From Felis catus (taxonomy: Eukaryota): a stretch of 64,000 bases of DNA. This document shows positions 38,771-49,701 of the stretch, piece by piece (the first letter of the stretch is position 1; each line of letters begins with the position of its first letter). The stretch covers positions 51,028,001 to 51,092,000 of the forward strand of contig NC_058382.1 of NCBI RefSeq assembly GCF_018350175.1, given 5' to 3'. The notes beneath the pieces were generated by a model. That model made no database searches. It was given only the letters and a program-made list of their open reading frames with translations, and was not told where the DNA came from. The position numbers and the translations under genes are program-made.

Positions 38771-40777
38771 TGCAAGTTCCTGAGCATACTCCAGACTACC
38801 TGAACCAAAATCACTGGGTGTTAAAAGAAGGGTACCTACATGTTCACAACACCCATCAGTCAATTCTTACACACAGACACATCTGAAATACACTGCAAAC
38901 CCTGTGCAGTGATTTTTAGAAGTCGCAGGGTATAGCTGGAAACAGAATATCTCTGGAAGTCTTCCCTGGACCCTGCTTCAAAACGCAAATGATCACTCCC
39001 ATTTCTTAGACCACTGGATACCCCTTGCTCTGTCCTGCTTTCTGTTTGAAACCCAAGAGTCTGGATTCCTTCCCTTGGGGTAAAAACAAAGTAGCCACTA
39101 ACTAGTGGGTATTAAGGACATAGTACCATTTTGATGCTATTTCTGTATGCCGTGGAGTTTTAGGATGTATACAACTTGTATACAACCATGTGCTTCATGA
39201 CCTCTGTAATTACCCGTCTCCCCACCAGCTCTGGGATCTGGGAAACTGCTCATGAGCAAGGCAGAGGCTGGTCCTCCTCAGGATGTGCTCAAAGCCCCGT
39301 GGAGTGGAGAGGCCTGGCCCGGTGATGGTGGTCCTGTGCTCACATCTAGGTCCCAGCCTGTCTGACTAATATCAAGGAACTAAGGCCACTTGAGGATGAA
39401 AAGCAATGCTTCTGGAATGGGCACAGGGGTGAGGGGTGGAGAGATGAGCATCTCAGGCAGCAGGAGGGATGCCCTGGCTTTCTCCCCTTCACGGATACTA
39501 AAGCTGAGCCCTAATTATGAAAAAGGATGGAATGGGACAGTAAGAAGAAAATCTTGACCCTGCTCTCGCCAGAGGAGACCGCAGAGCGAGCACCGAGCGC
39601 CTCTCCTTTACAAATGCAGCAGCAGCACCTTGAGAAGCAGATGGCCAAGGCTTTGGGGCAAAGAAGAAAAAAGCATGAGGGATGGGTAGAGAAGGGAGGC
39701 AGAGGAGCTGAGAAATTTCCACAGGGATTGTGAGTTCCTTTGCACGTTAAAGCCAAAATTAAACACCTCGTAAAGGAGTTAAAAAACAAAACAAAACAAT
39801 AATTATTATTTCGCAGTTTTGTTTTAAAGAAAAGAAGTTCTATAAACATGGTGAAATGTGTTTATATCAAGTCAGCTTAAATGACTTTTTAAACATGATC
39901 TAATCTCTCCACTCCTATAAGAATATTTATTTATGGTTTTATCTTACCTTAATAAAAATTCAATGCAAGGTCGTTTTATACATACACGCACATACGTATA
40001 TTATTTTTGGAAATAGTCTTGATATTCAAACAGTCGTGGTTTTCAAAGATAAGATAAAATTGCAATCACAAAAAAGCATTATTAGTTTAGCTTTTCCAAA
40101 TCAGATGGAAGCATCATGTCTTATTAACCTAAAAACGAGCATCCTTCACACGACAGCAATACTGATACTTCTCTACTGGGAAGGTTCCCGTTTATTTTAT
40201 CACTGCATCGCTCAGAGTGGAGCAGACGTCAGTTCTTTCCCGAATGCTTTTCTTTCCCTTCCTTGTCCTTTCCTTTTAACTTCGATAATCATCTTCTTTG
40301 ACACAACGAAGTATCAAAAGGCAGTCAAATCTATTGAGATGTTTCTTTTTGGCTTTCACCTTTAGTAACAGGCTCAGAAATGTCTTTCCCGCCCCACCAA
40401 ATCCAGCCAACAGGATCTCATTTCAGAATGAGATCTTCTCCTTCAGTGTTTTTCCCTTCATTTCACACTGCCTTCCACAAAAGGCTCCCTTTGAGACAGT
40501 GTTTCATTGCCGTGTGAATCTGTAAAACCGGCTGCTTTGGAAAACACTTCTAACTCCACTTCCCCTCCAGTTTTAGCAGACCTTCGAAAGGTTAGCATGT
40601 TATGGCAAATAGTCAGCCAGCCAACAGGTGTCTATTGAGCAGCTACCCACCAGAAAACACCAGGCAGGGGAGAGGGGGACAGGGAAAGGACAGCTGACCC
40701 AATCTCTATAGGGTGAATGTCAACTTTAAATGGGTAAACAAAGCAAATGCTCATGAAGTTCTTTGAAAATATATTTA

Positions 40778-41227
40778 TTGTGGGTTGAATTGTGTTCCCT
40801 TGAAAGTTATTTTCAATTCCTAACCCCTGCTATCTGTAGATGTGACCTTATTTGGAAACAGGGTCTTAGTAGATATAATCAAATTAAGATAAAATCATAC
40901 TGGATTAGGACGGGTCCTAGATCCAACGGCTGATGTGTGTGTCAGAGAAAGGAAAGGGAGATTTGGACTGAGGGATACAGAGGAGACACACAGAGGGAAG
41001 AAAGAGAGATGGGAGGGATGCCGTCTCAAACCCAGGAATGCCTGGAGCCCCAGAAGTTGGAAGAGGCGAGCAAGGATTCTCCCCCAGGGCCTCAGAGGGA
41101 GCGTGGCTAATGCTGACACCTTGATTTCAGACTTCAGGCCTCCCGAACTGTGAGATGATAAATTTCTCTTGTTTTAAGACGCCTACTTTGTGTTACTTTG
41201 TTATGGTAGCCCTAGGAAACTAATACA
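40778..41227 (+). mobile_element. MaLR solo LTR (MLT1B/C-like)
   Basis: tgtgggttgaattgtgttccc...gtgaccttatttggaaacagggtc...gacaccttgatttcagacttc...gccctaggaaactaataca. Confidence 0.9.
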
Positions 41228-41641
41228 ACATTCATTGCTCCTATTTGACAATTTGCCAAGGATTTTAAGTTTTTCTAAGGATGCATCTGAGTGCTCCAGG
41301 CTCAGCTACTACCGGAATTTAGAGGACTCCCATGTCAAGATGACAAAGCAGATTCATACTTCATGAGCCTAGCTCCAGACTCTTAAGAAAGATCAAATAT
41401 AAAAATAGAAAATCACACAAGACATGCACGATCCAAAATATAAAATGAATAGCTCTCTGAATGAGAAACAAACCAAATATCCAAAACTGCTAGGGTTTTT
41501 GAAGATCTTAGCTTGCTGGTCTCCTGGAGTGAAAGCGGCTGGAGGGGTCAGTGGGGCCAGCCCTGTTCCTTATGAGATGGGTCACAGGATCCAGGCACAC
41601 AGCCAGAGACCAGAGCTGGTAAAGGTCATCCTTTTACCCCA

Positions 41642-42147
41642 GTGCGGTTGGCAGAATAATGGCCTCCCAAAGATGTCCACACCCTAATTCCTAGAACCTA
41701 TGGATATGTTACATTAGGTGGCTAAGGGGAAATAAAGATGCAGACAGAATTAAGGCTGCTAATCAAATGACATTAAAATGTGGAGACTGGTCTAAACTAT
41801 TTCAGTGGGCCCAATGTAATCAGAAGGGTCCTTAAATATGGACTGGAGAGGCACAAGAGTCAGTGTCAGAGGTTCGAGACGTGACATGGACCTGCTTGGC
41901 CATGGTTGACTTTGATTGTGGGAGGGGTCACAAACAAGGAATGGGGAAAGCCCATAGACGCTGGAAAAGCAAGAAAAGGGGTTCTCCCCTAGGTCCTCCA
42001 GAAAGAAATGCAGCCTTGTGGACACCTTGATTTTAGCCCAGTGAGACCCATGTGGGCCTTCTAACTTCCAGAACTAGAAAACAATAAATTTGTGTTGTCT
42101 AGGCCACTATGTCTGTGTGAATTTCTTACAGCAATGATATGATACGA
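41642..42147 (+). mobile_element. MaLR solo LTR (MLT1D-like)
   Basis: ggcagaataatggcctcccaaagatgtccac...gacaccttgattttagcccagtgagacc...aataaatttgtgttg. Confidence 0.9.
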
Positions 42148-42636
42148 CAAACCCAGCACTTGTGAAAGGGGACCAGAGCTCCTGGTGAGGGGCAAGGCCA
42201 AGGAGGAGGGTCGCTGGTGAAATGGGGGCAAAGTCACTGCCCAGCTCTGAGGATGAACGGTCATGACTCCAATGGTTTCTGAAGCAGTAACTCCACACAG
42301 CCATCAAAATAACTGGATTTGGAAATGGGCCTGAAAGTTGTCTGGTGGAGTGGAATGCAAAACGCACAGACAGACAGGCAAGTGGCAAAAAGACAGGGCT
42401 TAAAAGAGAGAGAAAAGAGCCAAACCAAATGGAGAAATCTCTACACAAAACATGCTTCCAAACCCAGATTCTAAAACCACATGAAGAAATGTAACTCGAA
42501 GAGAGACAGCCAACACAACCAGAGCTCTTAAGAGGAATTTACTATTGACGATACTCATTTTACAGAATGTCAGACAATAACTTTTAAGTGAGTATTGATG
42601 AAAAAAATAAATAAATAAAAATAAAGTTGAGTATTG

Positions 42637-43180
42637 ATGTTTACAGTAGTGCTTTCAACAATAGCCAAGTCATGGAAAGAGCCCAAATGTCCATCAACAG
42701 ATGAATGGATAAAGAAGATGTGGTTTATATATACAATGGAATACTACTTGGCAGTGAGAAAGAATGAAATCCTGCCATTTGCAACAACGTGAATGGACCT
42801 GGAGGAGATTACGCTAAGTGAGATAAGTCAGTCCGAGAATGACATATACCGTATGTTTTCACTCACATGTGGAACTTGAAAATTTAACAAAAGACCATGG
42901 GGGAAGGGAGGGGAAAAAACAGTTTCAAACAGAGAAGGAAGCAAACCCATAAGAGACTTAAATACAGAAACAAACTGAGGGTTGATAGGGTGGGGGAGAG
43001 AGGAGAAAATAGGTTATGGGCATAAAGAAGGGTACTTGTTGGGATGACCCCTGGGTGTTTTATGTAAGCAATGAATCATGGGAATCCACTCCCAAAGCCA
43101 AGAGTACACCGTATACAATGTATGTTAGCTAATTTGACAATAAATTGTATTTTTTAAATAATAGTAAAAAAATAAAATAA
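42637..43180 (+). mobile_element. 5'-truncated carnivore/felid L1 3' end
   Basis: acaatagccaagtcatggaaagagcccaaatgtccatcaacagatgaatggataaagaagatgtgg, then 3'UTR, aataaa and A-rich tail. Confidence 0.9.
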
Positions 43181-43240
43181 GTATTGAAATAGTTCAAAGT
43201 ATTAAAAATAGCTCCAAGTACTTTTTTTTTTAAAGATACT

Positions 43241-43597
43241 TGCTATGGACTGAATGCTTGTCCTCCCCTACCCCCATCCAAAACTCATATATTGCAACTC
43301 TAATCTCCAATGTGATAGCATTTGAAGATGAGGCCTTTGGGAGGTAATTAAGGTCATTCCAGCTCTCATAATGCAACTAGTTAAGAAGAGACAGGAGAAA
43401 GCTTGCTTCCTCTCTCTCTGCACACCATCATGTTAGGATACAAGAAGGTCAACCAGGAAGTGGGCCTTCACAAGACACCAGACCTGCCAGCACCTTGATA
43501 TTGGACTTCCAAGCCTCAAGAACCGTGAGAAATAAATGTTTGTTGCTTACCCACCTAACCTACGGTAATTTGTTACAGCAGCCCCAAAATGACTACA
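43241..43597 (+). mobile_element. MaLR solo LTR (MLT1A-like)
   Basis: tgctatggactgaatgcttgtc...gcctttgggaggtaatta...cagcaccttgatattggacttcc...gagaaataaatgtttgttg. Confidence 0.88.
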
Positions 43598-45261
43598 ACC
43601 ACACTAGGAGCACAAGCAACCAAGAATAAAATAACAGTCATTAACATGAAACATGCAATATAGAAGATAAACTCAACTATGGTCAGTTGAAAACCAACTC
43701 TCAAAATGGAATCCATTACAAAACAGAGAAGGGAGCACAGAGAGATGAAACCTTGTAATGTAAAGCAATCCCTAGAATGAATACGTCTGTATATATATAC
43801 ATACATATATCCTGATACAAGAATATATTGTTTGCTCAAAGGAGACATGAGATTTGGGAGGTTGCAATCATGATGGATCCAAAATTAGAAATTCCCTAAC
43901 TGTGACATATGGCAAAGGAGAGTGGGGAATTTGCAAAGTAAAAAGACAGGGATAGTCTCCTATTCCCCCTACCTTCTGCAATTCATCCCTTCCCTCAGAC
44001 AGTGAGCCAGTAGCTGCCTAACTCCTGACCATAGGGCAAGGGTGGGGGTGAGAAATTAATATCAAAAAGACCAAAAGCACTAGGAAACCCAAAGGTAGAA
44101 AAATAAACAGTATTCCAAAAATAGCAGCCAGCCACACTAGCAATAGCAAAAACAGATTCATTTAAAAAGATCACTCTTTTTGGAGACAGCTGATTATGTC
44201 ACAGCTTCTCTCAAGAACCCAATAAACACATGATCTTGAAGAGAATTTTGCTGGCTGGGTTCTGCAGCCTAATACACCAGTGCATCCAGAGTTCTCACAC
44301 GCCTCTCAAGAGAACACCCTGGCCACACTCAGATAAATGGACTGTCTAATTCTGGCTCTGCCACCAGCTAATGTGGTTTCTCTGGATTAACAATGCCACA
44401 TCTAAAAATGTTAGGATCAGATTATATGTTCCTTCGCATCTCTTTCAGTTGTGTAATTTTTATTATTCGGCTTCACACTGATATTAAAATATTCTCAATC
44501 CCCAGTCTTCTCATGTATGATTTATAAGACTGCGGACTGAAAAAGAAGGATACTGCGATATTCCCAAAAAATCAAAATAACCCACAATTAAAATAAAGGA
44601 TTATTAATGTTCTCACCATATCACACACTGCATTCTCACATTACACAGCAGAAGTGTTAAGTTATTAATGACTGAGTCCCACACACCTGCAAGAGATTTT
44701 CCAAAACTGCGAAAATGTATCCCGAGCTGTATCTTATGAATTACATAAAGGAATAAGAAAAGGAATAAGTAAAGTTTGGGTTAAGTTTTAAATATTGTTC
44801 CATTGTTTCTCCTTAATCAATATTAATTGAAAACAGATTCATCTAATTCACTTCAAGCACCTCGTAATGGATTTGGAAAGCCAATTCCAAGTCTCTCAGG
44901 CATTGAGCAAAAAATAAAGCATGAATGGTCTTCATCAATGAGATGAAGCATAAAATAAAACTGTGGCTCCCTATAAAAACTGAACCCATGCCCAGTTCTA
45001 AGGACATGTAGACTTCAGACACCACATGTGGTCAAGACACAAGAGAGTGCAGGAGAAAATTCAGGAAATGTCTTCTACTGTTTCAAGAAAATGAGGAGTA
45101 AAATGATATAAGATAACTAAGAACAAAATCAGTTAGTACTGGCAAGGCAAGTGTTGTCTTAAATACAGACTAAATGATGGGCATGTGGATTTTCTTACAT
45201 CTAGTACTAAAATCACATACTTTTTGTAGACATTAAAATTTAAATTCATAGCCCAAAATAG

Positions 45262-45830
45262 ATTTTCCAGTTATTATTACCTAACAAGTCACCCCAAAGA
45301 ATGGATTAAAATAACAATTGATGTTGCTCATGAATCTGGTATTGACTGGAATCATCTAGAAAGTTGCTGCTCGGGTTCCTTTCAGGGCCATATGCAAATG
45401 ACTAGGGTTCTACAGTAGGCTTCTTCTGTCTGGTGCCTGGGCTAGGAAAATTTAAAGAGCTGAAGGCAGGACTGTCTGCAGCTTGGTGGGCATCTCTATC
45501 TGTCTTTATGTAGTCGCTCCCCATGGTCTTTCCACATGGCAGGCTCAGGGTTGCCAGACTTCTAAGATGATGGCCAAAAGCTTCCTGGGAGGAGTGTCAC
45601 AACAAAAAAAACTAACAGAAGCATCATGGCCATCCCTAACCCAGTCTTGAAGGTCATGCATAATCACTCCTGCCAAATTATATTCATGGAGGCAGTCACA
45701 AAGTCCCATCAAGGTTCAAGGCCATAGGGATTTTCCCTTCTTGCAGAAGTACAGCAAAGTTCTGGAAGATCATGTGGTTTGGGAAAATACCATTTTGCAG
45801 CCATTTTGGGAAAACACAATCTACCAAAAG
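45262..45830 (-). mobile_element. Old MaLR LTR (MLT1F/G-like)
   Basis: taacaagtcaccccaaa...ttgctcatgaatctg...cactcctgccaaattatattc...gcagtcacaaagtccc...gcagccattttgggaaaacacaatctacca. Confidence 0.7.
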
Positions 45831-45911
45831 CTGGTTGGAATAAGAGGACTTCAGTGATTTTAAGAAATAATTTGCAATGTATTGAGAGAAAATAGAGACT
45901 TTGGGGCACTG

Positions 45912-46505
45912 GATTAGTTTTCTTTTCCTGTGGGCCTCAAAGAACTGCCACAAGTATAGTGACTTAAAACAACACAGGTTTGTTACACTGCGGTTCTGTC
46001 GTTCAGAAATCTGGTATGAGTCTCAGGGCTGAAATCAAGGTGTCATCAGACCTGTGTTCCCTTCTGGAAGCTCTAAGAGAGGATCAGTCTTCTTGTTCAT
46101 GCAGATTGTTGTCAGAATTCGATCCTTTACAATTATAGGACTGAGGGCCCCGTTTACTGGCTGGCTGCTAGCAGAGGTCTATTCTCAGGTCTCAAGGCCA
46201 CCTGCCCTTTTTGCCTCATGGCCTATCCTCCATCCTCAAAGCCAGAAAAAGTTTCTCATGTCCACTCTCTCATCTCACTCTTCCTCCCGATCTTCCATCA
46301 TATCTCTCTGACCAACCCTCAGGGGAGAAACTCTGCTTTCCAGGGCTCACATGATTCAACTGAGCTCACTTGAATATGCTGGGTAATCTCCTGACCTCAA
46401 GAGGTTTCATCTGAGTCCCATGTGTAGAGCTCTTTGCCATGTAAGGTAACATATTTGGGGAACTAGGACTTGGGTATCTCTGGAAGCCTTAATCCTGCCC
46501 ACTGT
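45912..46505 (-). mobile_element. MaLR LTR (MLT1E-like)
   Basis: gattagttttc...gacttaaaacaacacagg...ctgaaatcaaggtgtc...ggactgagggccccgtt...tttgccatgtaaggtaacata. Confidence 0.8.
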
Positions 46506-48271
46506 AGACATGATGTGTTTGATTAAATAGAGACCATGGCAGCATAATTAAAGAAAATTCATGTGAAAATGCAATAATTCTGGGGCCTCCGCGATGTGAT
46601 TCCACATACACTAAGCAAACTTACTTAGCCAAGTGATTTCCCTTCTCACACATGGTCAGTGGTGTAAAATTACAACGTGCATGCCCTTAGGTTTTCTCAG
46701 TGGGGAGAAAGGCTTTCTCACTTAATTTAATTAACTCTATTTTTATATGCAATTATAATAAAGGTCACTTGCTTTCTAAGTCCAAACAAATCCAGCAGTA
46801 ACAAATTAGAAGGGGCAAATTCCAATCAACAAGTGACATCTGGCAAGAAAGAAGAACTCATCAAAAACTGTAATAAGTAAATACAATCTCTCTCACACAC
46901 ACGCCCATACACACACGGCCATCTATCTAAAGTCATGTGTTATCAGGACAGACATTGCCACTCAGTGAAGATCACCGGGTCGTTGAGAATTGACTAAGTT
47001 ATATTCAATGTATTACTTTTACGAGTTTATCTTACAGAAATATTTGCCATCCTAAGAAAAGGCTAAGATGGTCTCACAACAAGACTGGGTAGACACGCAG
47101 TGCGGTGGACGTGCTTGGAGTCTGGCGGCCCCCTGCACGCCTGCTGAGAAGGAAATGGACCGTGAGAGCACGCTCCCCGGATGTGTGTATTTGCGCCGTG
47201 GGTGTGTGGCCCTGGCTGGGCAAGTCGGCATCTCTGCCCGCGGGGCAGGCCTTCGGGCACAGAGAGAAGGAGGCAAGCCCTTGGGACAAGCACACGAGGA
47301 GCCCATTTCCGGGTTCCAACCCCCACCCACTCCAGAGACCCAGGAGCATTTTCTGCCTGGGAGTCCCCCACTGTCTTTCCAGTTGGTTCACTTAATTACT
47401 TATTTTGGCCTAACCCGGTCCCAATGAATTTCTCTTCGTGTGACCAACAATTCATCACTAAGACAAATGGGCAAAATCTCAGTCATCTGAAAAACAATCC
47501 AGCTGTCAAAAGGATCGATTCCCCAAATGCTCCAGATGGCTGTCAAGTTTTGTATTTTGTGTGGTTTACCAAAGTGCTTTTTGTTCAATAGGAGTGTGTG
47601 TGTTTCAATAAACTATCCAAGCTTTGATGAGAAGAATACGGTTTCCCACCTCAATAGTTAGCTTTTAATAAAACAGATGTCTGCAATTTTCTTTCAGATA
47701 TGACCCAATAATGGAATTTAACCAAAATGAGTTGAAATATAGTGTTTTTCAAATAATGCCCTTATAATCGGTTTTAATACATCTCAACACATGCCTTTCT
47801 GAAGTTAAGAAATTAAATCAACGTAGAAATTATAGGTTTCAAAGAAAGCCCCTGTCATTTTTTTTCTACTAAGAAATCTTTATTTTTAGAAAAATAAATC
47901 ACATTAGCATTATAGACAACAGGACTTATTCTTAGAAAAAAGTCATTAGCAAGATTAGAATTTGAGGATTTTGAGGTTCAATGATTTATATCAATCAGGG
48001 GCAAGGGAACATGGAGCCCACCCCGGGTAATTCAATAGAGGGAATTTGTTATGAGGCACCAGAACAACAGTATTGTTAGATCTGAAGAGGCAAATGGGGA
48101 ACAGAGGCCAGCCGGGGATTTGAGAAGTAGCAGCTGGGGTACTACACGTGACAAATCTAGGTAGGAAAACCACGGCCAGAATCTCCAGGCAGGAGGTGGA
48201 ATTGTAAAGGACATGCAAACTACAGCTGAAGACTCTACAGAAGTACAAAGTATTGTGTCCAGTGACTGGCC

Positions 48272-48410
48272 TTAACTGGTGGCCAGTGGGGAAGGGAGCC
48301 CAGGCTTTAACTGGTGGCCAGTGGGGAAGGGAGCCCAGGCTTTAACTGGTGGCCAGTGGGGAAGGGAGCCCAGGCTTTAACTGGTGGCCAGTGGGGAAGA
48401 CAGCCCAGGC
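48272..48410 (+). repeat. 35-bp minisatellite, 4 copies
   Basis: Unit ttaactggtggccagtggggaagggagcccaggct is identical at 48272, 48307 and 48342. A fourth copy at 48377 has gaagacagcc instead of gaagggagcc. Confidence 0.97.
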
Positions 48411-48523
48411 AAGGTAAATCACAGGAGTGGAATCCCTGCAAACAGAGCAGATCAGAGCTGGAAAAGATTCCCAGTACAGACAGGTAAGTAACCATCACAA
48501 CAACTGTGCAGATTTCTACACCT

Positions 48524-48526
<3 letters not shown>

Positions 48527-48579
<53 letters not shown>
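48527..48579 (+). repeat. (CA)n microsatellite
   Basis: About 26 perfect CA units. Confidence 0.97.
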
Positions 48580-48581
<2 letters not shown>

Positions 48582-48582
48582 T

Positions 48583-48797
48583 AGGGGTGTCTGGGTGGCT
48601 CAGTTGGTTAGGCATCCGATTCTTGGCTTGAGCTCAGGTCATGAGCTCACGGTTAATGGGATCCAGCCCAGTATCAGGCTCTGCACTGATGGCACAGAGG
48701 CTGCTTAGGATTCTCTGTCTCCCTCTCTCTCTCTGCCCCTCCTCTGCACTCCTTCTTTCTCCCTCTCTTTCTCAAAATGAAATAAACATGAAAAAAA
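48583..48797 (+). mobile_element. CanSINE (older)
   Basis: ggggtgtctgggtggctcagttggttagg head, (CT)-rich 3' part, aataaa. Confidence 0.92.
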
Positions 48798-49701
48798 CCA
48801 CATTATAGTATGTGGAGTGAAAGAGGTAACTGCCTCCAGCAAAGAACACTATTCCAGCTAAAATCCACATAACTATCCCCAATGATCGTGCTATGATGTA
48901 AATACAGAAACCTAAAATACACAAAATAATCCAGAAGTCAAATAGACAACTCGGCAAAGACTGTGCCTTACTGCCCTATGACCTACAGGAATGTGCAGGG
49001 CATACGGTAAAGGTGTATGCATGTATTAGCATATAAACATACTAATAATCTGTGCCGTAAGCAAATAATACTGTCATTACTATTACTGTCCATAATTATC
49101 AAATATTAACAATCATAGCTGATTTTATGAAATATGGTACAAAACATTACGGTTGCCTTCCAAAAGCCACTCCACCTCTCTTTCACTCCTTCACAGCTTT
49201 ATGATTTGAATGGGTATGTCCGAAGCCCTATCTGCAGAAGAGTCATGATGTTTAAACCATTCAGGGAAATTCCATAAATCTGACAGTGGTTCAGAGATGG
49301 CCACCAACCCAGCAGAAGCTAATCAGCATATGATACCCCCTTGGCTACAGAACTTGCACAGGGATTGTTCATCCAAAAAATTTTTTTTAAATGAATACAT
49401 GTTAAAGATTTTATTTAATCCATTATTTTTTTTTTGACCAAAACATAATTTTATTTTTTTTTATTTTTTTATTTTTTTAATATATGAAATTTATTGACAA
49501 ATTGGTTTCCATACAACACCCAGTGCTCATCCCAAAAGGTGCCCTCCTCAATACCCATCACCCACCCTCTCCTCCCTCCCACCCCCCATCAACCCTCAGT
49601 TTGTTCTCAGTTTTTAACAGTCTCTTATGCTTTGGCTCTCTCTCACTCTAACCTCTTTTTTTTTTTTCCTTCCCCTCCCCCATGGGTTCCTGTTAAGTTT
49701 C

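Noticed and set aside
47052..47591. Cluster of overlapping 92-136 aa ORFs
   Set aside because: Explained by high GC content; no recognisable protein or splice structure.
48272..48410. 35-bp repeats with a hairpin, resembling a CRISPR array
   Set aside because: Units are directly adjacent with no spacers, there are no cas genes, and the DNA is mammalian.
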